The position numbers and the translations under genes were made by a program. From positions 118,978,001 through 119,042,000 of the forward strand of contig JANJGN010000015.1 in NCBI GenBank assembly GCA_026770705.1: a stretch of 64,000 bases of DNA, given 5' to 3'. Below are positions 53,306-64,000 of the stretch, one piece after another; within the stretch, counting starts at the first letter, position 1; every line of letters begins with the position of its first letter. This stretch comes from Isurus oxyrinchus (taxonomy: Eukaryota). Under the pieces are notes generated by a model. The model had not been told where the DNA came from. It worked only from the letters and a program-made list of their open reading frames with translations, and made no database searches.

Positions 53306-54296
53306 CAGAGAACAGAGTTAAAAAGAAAAGTTTTGTTTTTGAGTAGGATAGTGGTGATAGCAGTTCTGATGGGGTAGTTTAATCCTACAGATCACCCCAT
53401 GTTTTGTCAGAGTTGACCAGTTTTATTCCTTTGGCTCCTGCACTTCAATGCAGGCTTGAACATTTTCCAGGTTGTCCCATGAAATATTTTCCATTTGGCC
53501 ATACTGTGCTCTGTGCCACTATTCTGTTCCATGGTTACTACTTTTAGGTCAGAATTTTATATTCTTATTCCTTACCTAGGTAAAGCAAAGGAATGTTGCT
53601 TCTCTGTCAGTTCCACACAGCAAGTGAAAAGACTCTATTATCATAATGTTAAATGCTAATGGTATAGCAAATAGGGGCTTTTCATTTGCTCTAAAGGGTC
53701 TGGGGGAGTCATGTCTTGTGGCAGATTTCCCCTGATTTCTCACTGGAGAGGACCAAATTTTGGTACCAACAATTGAAAACAGCAGCTGGGTTGGTTGGGC
53801 AAAAGAGCAGAGACACAAGGAGAATAAGAGTCAGACAGATTGTTGTCAGCCTTATCCCAGTCACTGCCATGCCCCGTCAGATTTTTCCTCCACAAAGCTG
53901 AGTATAAACCTTCCTTGTGTCTGTCGAAATACAGCTGAGTGTTATAAATAGATGGAGATTACCCTTATTCTGTTTATTATTCTCCAAAGAAAAATTGGAA
54001 ATGCTCATGTGGTCACAAAGATACTGTAGTGTGGTGAAAACATTTAAAAAGATATTGTTCAGTCTAGCAGGGAACACCTACCTTAAGTGTAGTGCTCTTC
54101 TCTCATTTTATTAAAGCGGTTTCCAATCTATGATTGTACCTTCACCCAATCTGTCTGAACATATATGAACTTAGTTCACAGGCGTGAAAGGATGGCAACC
54201 CAGTTCACTGATGTTGTTAAAAAAAAATCTCAAAAAAGTTGGTTTTTTGGTGCTTTTGCTGAGCACCTGCACCCAAACAAAAGAAAGTCATTAATA

Positions 54297-54520
54297 CTAA
54301 AGCAAATTACTGCAAATGCTGGAAATCAGAAATAAAAACAAAAAATGCTGGAAATACTTAGCAGATCAGGCAGCATCTGTGGAGAGAAACACAGTTAACA
54401 TTTCAGGTCGATGACCTTTCATCAGAACATTATATATTATAAAATGTTACTGTCTAATTTGTTAATTCGTCTTTCATTGACCTGCTGTGCATTTCTAGCA
54501 TTTTCCATTTTTTATTGTTT
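54297..54520. mobile_element. Short Penelope-derived insertion with degraded inverted arm
   Basis: AAATGCTGGAAATACTTAGCAG...GCAGCATCTGTGGAGAG forward, GACCTGCTGTGCATTTCTAGCATTTT inverted; TSD not clear. Confidence 0.75.
54394..54428 (-). ncRNA. Minimal hammerhead ribozyme motif with canonical CUGAUGA/GAAA core
   Basis: Minus strand GTT-CTGATGA-A-AGGTC-ATC-GACCT-GAAA-TG-TT^AAC; perfect 5-bp stem II. Confidence 0.75.
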
Positions 54521-55399
54521 TCTTCAATTTACTGGTACTTCTCTTCCAAAAATGCCAGAAGTTCTGTTCCTTTCTTTCCAAAGGGTTTCATTTACCTCAT
54601 TCACCTTCTTGCTAAATGTTAAACTATTTTTTTCTCTCTACAAACGTTGCTGTGTTTCTCCAACATTTTCTGTTTTTCTTTCATAATTCTACTAGACATT
54701 TGTTTGGAACTAAGAGTTATTCAATCGCATGTCAGTTATACTCATTGATGGAATAAATGTAAACCATATATTGAGAATTATGCTGAAAAGTGCACAACAA
54801 TTAAGTGCTTGACAAACAAACTAAAAAATTCTATGGAGCAACAGCAAAATGGGAGAGGTGATTTGGCAAGCAGAGGAGGTGAAATATGGGTCCAGAGTCT
54901 GTACGAGGACAGGGATGAATCCTACCTCTCTGCTGGGTTTCTTGTTATGTCAGCATGACTCAGGAGGCATAATACAGACAATTCATATGGCAAACTAGAA
55001 ATGGGTTTTGAGGGTAAATCAGACCTTCATTTGCCATTATTAACATTAAATAACTTATATACATTGTGTTTGTTGAACACCAATCTTATTGCATCATTAA
55101 CAGAAAATAGTTAAACCTTTTAGCAGGTAGGGAGGCAACAATGTCAACAGGGTAATTTTAAATAGAACCTGAAAGCTTTAGATCTACCACCCTTCTGGTA
55201 AAAGGTCAAAATCAATTCAATGCTTTGTAGCAGACCGTATGATCTAATGAGTTAAATAGACTCATGGTACTTTAAAAGCACCATTGTTGATTGACAAGTT
55301 AGCCTGAGCCATGAATGAAATGTTGAAGGAAAGACCTAGCATTTGGCTTATTGATTTCTTGTTGGTTGCAGATAAGCCAATGCGATACTGCAGGGTAGT

Positions 55400-55600
55400 T
55401 CACGCTGCATAAGCAGTTGGAGAGAGTGGTGTTCGAGAGGTTGAGGAGAGCAGGAGGAAAAATGTACTGGTCGCATGGATGTAATTTGAGACTTTGATTA
55501 TGGCAGAAGTGGAAACCTGACTGGAAAGATCCAGAAAAGATGGGCATAGATTTAGAGGGTGCAGGATGCGAGGGGAGGCTGGAGTGGTTTGCAAGGGCAG
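55400..55600 (-). mobile_element. L2 fragment
   Basis: GGAGAGAGTGGTG...GGCAGAAGTGGAAAC...AGAAAAGATGGGCATAG, reverse of L2 ORF2-like sequence. Confidence 0.45.
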
Positions 55601-55904
55601 TACAACTGAGAATGTTTTTCTTTGAGCAGTAAATGCAACATTTACGTAAAGAATACAATTGTGCCTTCAAAACTGTGAGCATCCAGAGAACACCAAGAAC
55701 TGAACGCTACAATTCTATCCAGGAGGGCAAGCAGCCTGCATCAGAAAGTTCAATCTGCGTATGAACATAAGGCTGGCATGTAGCGTATGAAAAAAAAGGT
55801 GAAAAGCTTAGACATGCCTCTTTTTTCAGCAATATTAATAAATCTGATCAGCTACATAGCACTATGGAGAATGGTTACAGTTCACACCACTGTCAGAAGG
55901 TGGA

Positions 55905-56278
55905 GTTTTTGCTATTCATTCTTGGTATGGGGGCACTGCTGGGGACATCCCTAGTTCACATAACAAAATGGCTTGCTAGGTCACTTCAGATGTCATTAAG
56001 AGTCAACCATGTTAGTCTGGGACCAGAGTCTCACATAGGTCAAATGAGGTAATGATGGCGGGTTCCTTTTCTCAAAGGACATTAGTGAACTAATTGGGTT
56101 TTTACTACACTGTCAGCTTCACAACCATGTTTACTGATTCTAACTTCTTTCTTTTAAATATAAACAGAATTCAAATTTTCCAACCTCATTGTTAGGATTT
56201 AAACTCATATTCTCTGGATTATTACTCCAGGCCTCAGAATAACTGGTCCAATGACATAATCACTACACTACTGTACCC
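55905..56278 (-). mobile_element. tRNA-derived SINE (same family as 2650-3130)
   Basis: Shared AGAGTCAACCA...GGAGTC.CA.ATAGG...TTAGTGAAC...GAATTCAAATTT; decayed A/B boxes at the right end. Confidence 0.7.
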
Positions 56279-56379
56279 AGAATCCAGGCCGAGACATTTT
56301 GTTCTGGAACGTGTAACGTATTAGTAAAGCACCATGTGGTGTAAAAATTTTTTTAAAAATTAAAATGTCTACAAGATAC

Positions 56380-57040
56380 CTGGGCTAGACGGATTACACC
56401 CAAAAATCCACAAGGGAATGAAGGAGATAATTAGTGAAACTCCCATACACACTGGTGGGAGCTTCATAAACACTGGTGCAGTAGCTCAGCAAGGTAGCAA
56501 AGATTTAAGTAGCAACTATTCTCTCCAATAATAAAAAGGTACTGAGATATGAATCTGGAAGTTATAGACCAGTTAACCCAATAGCTGTGAATGGGAAAAT
56601 GTACCATGAAAATTATATTCCCTAGTATGAGAAATCACTTAAAGATGACAAAGTGCAATAAGCAATTGTCAAGCAGGGGTTTAGAAGTAGTAAGTTGTGC
56701 CTTACTAGCATTCTATCTGGTAAATATTTTTTTACTGGTTAGGCCTCAGTTAGAATACTGTATCCAGTTTTGGGCATCTTGTTTTAGGAAAGCTGCCACT
56801 GCTATGGAGTTTGTGCAGAAGGGATTCATTAAGATGATGACAGGCTTCAGTTATGAGAACAGAACGGAATTATTGCATTCTCTTCACAACAACGAGACTA
56901 ATAGGTGAACGAATAGAGAGATGTTCAAAATTATGAGTTTTGATAAAGTACATTGGGAAAAACTATTGCCATTGGTCTATGAGTCTGTAACTAAAGGGCA
57001 TTAAGACGAAAACATTAAAAGGGACAAGGAGAAATTTCTT
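56380..57040 (+). mobile_element. Old CR1 fragments
   Basis: ORF text LLVRPQLEYCIQFWA...VQKGFIKMMTGFSYE. Confidence 0.7.
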
Positions 57041-57360
57041 TATCAAACTCCAGACAAGGGACTTTGCTTTGCAGTCCTTTGGTCAAAAACGTAACATCCC
57101 TGACTGATATTCTAAAAAGTGATGATGGAGCAGTATCCACTTCACAGAGAACATTAGATTATTAGATCACCATCAAAGACAAAATAACTAATTGCTCAAC
57201 TTTCTCTGCCATCCTCACAAATAAGCATAAGATGTATGTATGTATCAGTTTGAAATAGAATATGCGCTGTGACATTCTACAAACTGGCACATCTGGCTTT
57301 AATACACAACTTTAATGAACCTGTCAGCCTTTTGCTTAAAACCAGTGTAAACCTAAGTGC

Positions 57361-57516
57361 GAAGCAAAATACTGTGGATGCTGGAAATTTGAAACAAAAA
57401 CAGGAAATGCTGCAAAAACTCAGCAGGTCCATATGCCTCAAAACGTTAATTCTTTTTTTTCTCTCCACAGATGCTGTTAGACCTGCTGAGTTTTTCTAGC
57501 GTTTTCTGTTTTTGTT
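57361..57516. mobile_element. Short Penelope-derived fold-back insertion
   Basis: Inverted terminal-repeat arms; perfect 15-bp TSD TGTAAACCTAAGTGC at 57346-57360 and 57517-57531; hammerhead core largely deleted. Confidence 0.9.
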
Positions 57517-57599
57517 TGTAAACCTAAGTGCAATTCCCCAAATCCTTCCAGTACAGAAAAAAAATCAAGTATAGTGGTGATGATGAATTAAATTTGCTG

Positions 57600-57840
57600 T
57601 GCCTGTGTCCAGCAGTGTTTCATAGGTTTCTGTTCTGGATCCTCTGCTTATTATCCTATTCATAAATGTGGAGGAAAGCATTCCTTGTACAATATAAAAT
57701 TTGCTGATGACATCAAGCTTTGTGTTCAGGTGACAAGTATAGGAGAGACAAGAATGTGAAAAAAAGGTCGATTCATTAAATAGATGGACTAAGAGACAGC
57801 AGGTGGATTTTAATGTAGATAAATGTAATGTATTTTGCAG
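57600..57840 (+). mobile_element. Old CR1 RT fragment
   Basis: GTTCTGGATCCTCTGC...AAATTTGCTGATGACATCAAG (KFADDIK)...TTTAATGTAGATAAATGT. Confidence 0.7.
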
Positions 57841-58689
57841 TATAAAATAGCAAATATTTGTACAAATTCCTTCATACATGATAAAAGACCTAGAATTGTT
57901 TGGGGAATGCACAATTGATATTAATGATATGCAGAGTTCAAAAAGAATTGAAAACAACTGCATAATCCAATTCTAAAATGTTAGAAAGGAAGCTATTTGC
58001 ACAGAATAACTTCATTTAGCAGAATGTCTCAGTCACTCTTCACTATCCTGCAATGATAATGGAAGAGTGAAGTCACAGCAACATTCCTTATTCATGAAGT
58101 CATGCAAGAGCTCTAGCTAAATGTCTGCTTCCAGATTGCCGCTAACCACTGGGTCCAAAGCAGAGCAAGGAGTCAGCCAACAGAGCACTTATACAACAGG
58201 TACTAGGATGGAACTGATACTTGATTAGATCAAAATGGAGCCGGCAAATCACAATTATATTGCAGCCTACATATCAGTGTCTAGCTGGGTAAAACATGCA
58301 ATTCATGCTTTCAGGCAACAGCTCACTACACTAGTACCCAAATACTGTTTAAATTTTAATCTCATGCAGGCACTTTTTAAATAGTACTGTGCACACCTGA
58401 TATGAATCAAAAGCAGTGTGAGAATATCTCCTCAATTTTACATACAAGTTATGCCCCACAATTTGTTCCATTGCACAGCAGTTTTAGCTTCACTGACATG
58501 GAATATCTTAGATTATGTGCTCCAGTATAGTGTTCATATATGTTCTATGATATGATTGGTATATAGGGATGCAGTAACTCTATAGATTTCCCCCTTTAGA
58601 ATTATGCACCTATTCAGTGAATATATTTTCCTGCTAAAAACGAAATAAATTTTCTTCCATTACCAAGAGAACAAAGGTCAATATAGACT

Positions 58690-59110
58690 GTGGTTTTAGT
58701 GGGCAGCATTCTCAACTCTTGAGTCAGAAGGCTGTGGGCTCAAGGCCCACTCCAGAGACTTCAGCATATAATCTAGCAGTGTAATGCAGCATTAAGGGAT
58801 TGCTGCACAATCAAAGATGCCATCTATTAGATGAGACATTAAATCGAGGTCTCATTTGCCCTCTCAAGTGGATGTAAAATATCCCATGGCACTATTTCAA
58901 GAAAGGGCAGGGGAGTTCTTGCCAGTATTCTGGTCAATACTTATCCCCAAACCAATATTGCTAAAACATCTTATCTGATTACTATTCCAATGCTGGTTGT
59001 GGGACCTCACTGTGCACAAATTGGCTATCGCATTTCAACAGTGATAGCACTTCAAAGTACTTAATTAGTCATAAAGTGTTTTGGGATGTCTTGAGATTGT
59101 GAACGGTCAT
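58690..59110 (+). mobile_element. tRNA-headed SINE (DeuSINE/SacSINE1-like)
   Basis: GAGTCAGAAGGCTGTGGGCTCAAGGCCCACTCCAGAGACTT...GGATGTAAAATATCCCATGGCACTATTT...TTTGGGATGTCTTGAG. Confidence 0.75.
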
Positions 59111-59697
59111 GGTTTATCATAAAACTTAACAGTGGTGCATCGGTGAGCCTGTTTGCTGAAGTTTGTTATAGCTTTTTCATGGTATTAGTCACAAGACAAG
59201 CGTAAAAGCAAGATGAGTCGTGAATCCCAACATAAAAAGCTGAAACACTCAGTAAGTCTTTAAAAAGCTTTCAAATTCAGACCACTGCACACAATCCCCT
59301 TCATAGACAATTTACTCTGCCTTTTCTTTTTGAAAGTACTTAAATGCCTGTTCCACAGTCTCTCTCCAATGCTTCACTAAGCCCTTAATCCTGAGCCAAA
59401 CCAACATTGCTCCTTCCCCCCCAGAGCACCTAGAACAAATTTCTATCTCCACTCAAAAGCATCGCACTTCCTAACTAATGAATTCTCTTGTCACAGCCCA
59501 GAACAACTTTAAGATTCACTCAGCAGCAGCCTTCCCTGTATGAAACCCACATACCCTTGAGTCGGTTTAACTATAAACCACATCATGACTCAAATAATCT
59601 ATAGAGTTAAACTCTCCTTACAGTTAACTGACCAGAACTGCGGTATAAATAGTAAACATAGTACCTTTGTATAAAGTTTTAAAGATCCAATTTTTCA

Positions 59698-59698
<1 letters not shown>

Positions 59699-59736
<38 letters not shown>
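59699..59736. repeat. (CA)n microsatellite
   Basis: Direct reading. Confidence 0.97.
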
Positions 59737-59738
<2 letters not shown>

Positions 59739-61110
59739 CATTGCTTGCTCAGTAAAGCAAATACTGTGCATCATAGCCACTTTTAAAAAAAACTATTCTT
59801 CAGGTTCTCTCTTTTTTTAGGTTATTTATTTTTATTTAAAAATTATTCTATTAAAATACAATATCCAGAATAAAAGAAATTATACTTCAAAAGGATCTAC
59901 GTTTTGAGTTAGTTTCACAATGTAATTTCAATACAGTGTTGGAACTGTTCAATAACTGAACAGTTCAGCTTTCACAGACGCTTAGAAAATCAACAGGAGT
60001 TTGAAAAAAAATTGAATTGTTAACAAAGCAACACACCCACTAACTGATTTTAAACTTGTCACACCTATGTACGCAACATTCAACTTTGATCCAAAGCAGT
60101 GCAGATTTCAACATCTGTCATTCCATAGTCTGGAGTCAGTTACCTCAGGCTGTTTCCTAATTATATGATTTGAGGTACAGAAACTCAGATCTGCTGACAT
60201 TCACAAATACGTTAACAGAAAAATGTGAAATAGGTGTGTTTGTAATATGATCCTTAGCGTGAGATAAGCAGCGCCCACTGCCAGTTTTAAGCCACGAAAA
60301 CAATACAATACACATACAGTTAAATCCCTGCACAACTAGTTTGTCAAGAACTGTGATCGGAATGGGATTTTTGTAGCAGCATATAAAAATAGTCAATTAG
60401 CATATACATGCGCTGTTTAAAACTATAATGCTTCAGCTAGCCAACAATGTACAAATAGAAACTAAAAAGGTTCCTACTTATTTCCTGCACTGTTGTGATC
60501 CAAGTATGCACATTAGACTGGGTTAATTTTAGGAATGTGCAGTTGGTATACTCGCACTGGTCACCTTCACACTATGTCCTAAAAACTGTGGCTCTGCAAT
60601 TGGCAGGAATCCAAAGGGTGAAGGGTTGCAGATGTATAGAACCACATGCTCTTTAATTTAACTATTGAAATGCCAGAAAAAATAAATATTTTAATGTCTG
60701 GTACATCACAACATGGCCCTTTCGGAGTTCAGAAAATGAAGCATGAATTCGCTAGTCCAAGGGTCAAAGTTTTCCTAGTAGAAATTCAGTTCCTGCATTC
60801 CAAAGTTATTTTTGTCTGTTCTTTAAGAATAACTGTTAAGGTAACTAAAACTTTAAAGTCCCTTTGGTTCATATATGCAATGCCGAATACTGCTATCAGC
60901 GCAACACAGTTCTACAGTACTAGTAATAGCTTCTGCTTGGGTCTAGTAATTCCCTAGGAGATAAAGTATTTTTAAAAATACCTCACCAATATAAGTTACC
61001 ACCTTTTTAAAGTAAAGTATTGTGTTTCTGGCCTCTACCTAAAGGTTCTTTAGATTTTGGAACATATACATTGTCTGTGCAAATGGATGAACCCAGAAGT
61101 GTTCACTCCC

Positions 61111-61325
61111 TGGCCCTCTATCCAGCTCTACCCGGCCCCCACCCCCCTAAACCAGCTTATATTTCACCTCTTTTCTATTTTTACTTAGTTCTGTTGAAGG
61201 GTCATTCGGATTTGAAACATTAACTGTGCTCCTCTCCGCAGATGCTGCTCGACCTGCTGAGTTTTTCCAGGTATTTTTGTTTTTGTTTTGGATTTCCAGC
61301 ATCTGCAGTTTTTTGCTTTTATCTT
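61111..61325 (+). mobile_element. Short Penelope-derived insertion
   Basis: Perfect 13-bp TSD AGTGTTCACTCCC at 61098-61110 and 61326-61338; hammerhead motif at 61187-61225; same subfamily as 40389. Confidence 0.9.
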
Positions 61326-61469
61326 AGTGTTCACTCCCACCCATATATAAAAGGAAAGTGGTAACTTGGCTAGAATTCTTGCAGAAATCTGGTACTCAGT
61401 GAATTACTTTCCATTTACCACTCAGGAATTTTTCTTCTCCACAAATCCTTCCCTAGTAAGGAACAGAAA

Positions 61470-61815
61470 AAGCCCTCAAGCCTGTTCCAACATTCAATTA
61501 GAGCATGCTGTTGTGTACCTTAACTCCATTTACCCATCTTGATTCTTAACAAAAATCTGAGTCAGTTTTTAAATTCTCAATTGATCTGGCTTCAACAGCT
61601 TTTTGGGAACAAGTTTAGAGATTTCCACTATCCTTTGTGTGAAGTGCTTTCTGACGCGAGTCATAAACAGCCTAGCTCTGATTTTAAGATTATGCCTTGT
61701 CCTGGGCTCTCACACCAGAAGTAATAAGGTACAGAGAGTGAAACTGTCAAATCCTTTAATCATGTCAATTAGATCACCCCTTAGCCTTTTATACTCAAAG
61801 GAATACAAATCTAGT
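61470..61815 (-). mobile_element. CR1 3' fragment
   Basis: Reverse-strand CR1 3' motifs (TCAATTAGATCACCCCTTAGCCTTTTATACTC). Confidence 0.65.
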
Positions 61816-63109
61816 TAGCCAGCATAGCACTCGAATCTGAAAATGCTGTAACTTTCCTTCTTACAATCTAATGCTATCCAAGGTGCCTTAGTGACCTGCC
61901 ATTCCATGGTTTTTAATGCTGGTACACCAACATTCTGTGTTATTGGTTATTTCTTTATGAATGACTAACATATATAAAAATACCACTGCAACCTGAGCAC
62001 AAAAATTAAGGGGTGATTTAATCAAGGTCCTTAAGATGATTAAAAGAAGTTAACAGGTAATCTAGAAAGAAACTATTTCCTCTGATGGGAAAGTCTAGGA
62101 AAAGGTACTACATAAATTGAGAGAATTAGCATTCTTAATGAAAGGACTAACTTTAAATACTGGTCTTCCCTAATATTCATATCTAGGCTTCTCCCCCAGA
62201 GGTCAATGCTTTGCCAGTACTCAATTGGATTGTTTAGAGAAGTGATGGATGCCAGACCTGGAAATGTAGCTCTTTGCTGTCTGCGTAAACGTGTCTCTGG
62301 TATCTCAAATTGGTTGAACACTGGATTCAGGGCCAGAAAATCCAGGGTTTGAATCCCAGCAGGTTTTACTTGCTACATTCAGTGGCAAGTAACTAAGCAC
62401 TGTATTTTAAGATACATAAGAGCCTACACACTGTACTGCTACAGTATCTGTCTTGCTGAGAATCATCTACCGTCAGTAGACATTTATGTCAAAAGGAGAT
62501 AACTTCTATGCGGTACTGTGTCTCTCAAGAGACAACTGAAAGGCAGCACTAATATTGTCTGTAAAAATGCTCATGGACAGAACCATTTCACCCTACTGAC
62601 CAAGGAAAATAGTGAATGAGGAAAGAAAACAAACAAAAAGGCAAGCTAAATAAGTGCAGAACAAACGATACTTGAACAGTGAAGTATCATACCTTATTAG
62701 TTCCTGCTCAAATACCTACCACACTTTTTACTGTAGGATTTGCTGCTGGTTTTCTAAACTACATACACAATTAAAATGATAATTACTTTTCCCAAAACAG
62801 TATTGGACATACTTCTACTTTATTTTTCCAGATACTATGTGCCATTTCAAATATACGTTCATGAAATTTATTTCTTAAAGATTATCAAGGGAGTGTTCTA
62901 ATGATTTTTGGAATTACAATGACTTTTTTGTTGGTATGTTGTGAACTTGATGGAAGAGGGTCAAAGCTATAATATCTTTAATAGACTACTTGTTTTAGAA
63001 TGACTTTAGATAACATTACAGAGGTCAACTACACTTTTATGGGTCAGAGACAAACTGATTTATAAGTCAGTTTTATATTTAAGGATCTTTAAAAAGGATT
63101 GCTTTGAGT

Positions 63110-63680
63110 GTCAGAAACGGCTCAGTTGGTAGCACTCTCACCCATGAGGCACACGATTCTGGATTCAAGGCCCACTCCAGGGCTTGAGCACAATAATAAA
63201 GGCTGACACTCCAGTGCAGTATTGAGAGAGTGTTGCACTGTCAGAGGCACCATCTTTCAGATGAAACGTTAATCTGAGGTCCTGTTTGTTTGCTTGGGTG
63301 GACCCAAAAGATTCCATGCACTATTTTGAAGATCAGCGTGGGAGTTATCTCCATTGTCCTGGCAATATTTATCCCTCAATCAACAACACAAAAACTGATA
63401 AAAGAAAAATACTGTGGATGCTGGAAATTTGAAACAAAAACAGAAAATGCTGGAATAACTTAGCAGGTCTGACAGCATCTGTGGAGAGAGAAACAGAGTT
63501 AATGTTTCGAGTCCTTATGACTCTTCTTCACAGCTGATTACAACAACTGATTGTTATTGGTCATTGTCACATTGCTGTTTGTAGTAGTTTGCTACATGTA
63601 CATTGGCTGCCACATTTTTTATGTTACAACAGCCAGTGGTCATGAAAAACTTTACATAAATGCAAGTCTTTCCTTTTTTT
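63110..63680 (+). mobile_element. tRNA-headed SINE interrupted by a PLE mini-insertion
   Basis: A box GGCTCAGTTGG, B-box-like GGATTCAAGGCC, body and tail ATAAATGCAAGTCTTTC. Confidence 0.8.
63400..63539 (-). mobile_element. Short Penelope-derived insertion
   Basis: TSD ACAA(A/C)AACTGAT at 63388-63399 and 63540-63551; decayed hammerhead motif at ~63497-63534. Confidence 0.8.
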
Positions 63681-64000
63681 TCAATTTTTTGCTTTCAATT
63701 TCAGATTTACATTTTGATGGTGACACTTATAGATGAGTCAACATAAATGAAGTCTATCCAAGAACAGGGGTTACCAAGATGCAAAACAAAATGCCCTTTT
63801 ACATTTGACAAATACGGGTGTTTAATTATTACAACATAACTTACTATTAGAAGTTCTTGAGATATTATAATAGGATGCAACTTATGATTCTGATCCCAAA
63901 GTTTTATCCTAGATTGACTAAAAAGCTAAAGTGTGAAAGAATCACATTCAAGATGACGCATTTCTTGTAGTTTCCAGGCAACTGTGCAATAAATATAGGA

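Noticed and set aside
53576-53650. Minus-strand donor TAG|gtaagg at the end of an ORF
   Set aside because: ORF terminates at the donor and no clear acceptor or promoter is visible; likely chance or non-coding
1-64000. Prokaryotic-type systems (CRISPR array, operons, defence islands)
   Set aside because: Vertebrate-type repeats, no gene-dense ORFs; the recurring GCTGGAAAAACTCAGCAGG sequence is dispersed with TSDs, not a regularly spaced repeat-spacer array

Overview
Eukaryotic, AT-rich, repeat-dense DNA. The repeat inventory (CR1 and L2 LINEs, tRNA-headed SINEs, Penelope-like elements with GIY-YIG remnants, GGGC-terminated MITEs) looks like a cartilaginous fish (shark); this is an inference. 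There is no intact long protein-coding ORF. The window looks like the 5'/intronic part of a large minus-strand gene that I could not name. Support for that is a clean 21-nt microexon at 6622-6642, several short ATG-to-donor exon candidates (20688-20719, 26453-26508, 33887-33975, 44556-44619), a CpG-enriched promoter-like patch near 37.3-37.6 kb and a ~14 kb transposon-poor block. The most notable system is a set of at least 7 short Penelope-derived insertions (150-280 bp). Six have readable 12-15 bp target-site duplications, most carry a minimal hammerhead-ribozyme motif with covarying stem II, four share a non-canonical CUGUYGA core, and four are fold-back structures, including a near-perfect 82-bp palindrome with a hammerhead on each strand (46546-46710). 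Also present: a 5'-truncated U2 snRNA retrocopy nested in a SINE in a CR1, Harbinger-type MITEs with 3-bp TSDs, a solo LTR with a 4-bp TSD, and a decayed gag-only Gypsy-like element. All coordinates were read by eye; old-repeat boundaries are approximate.
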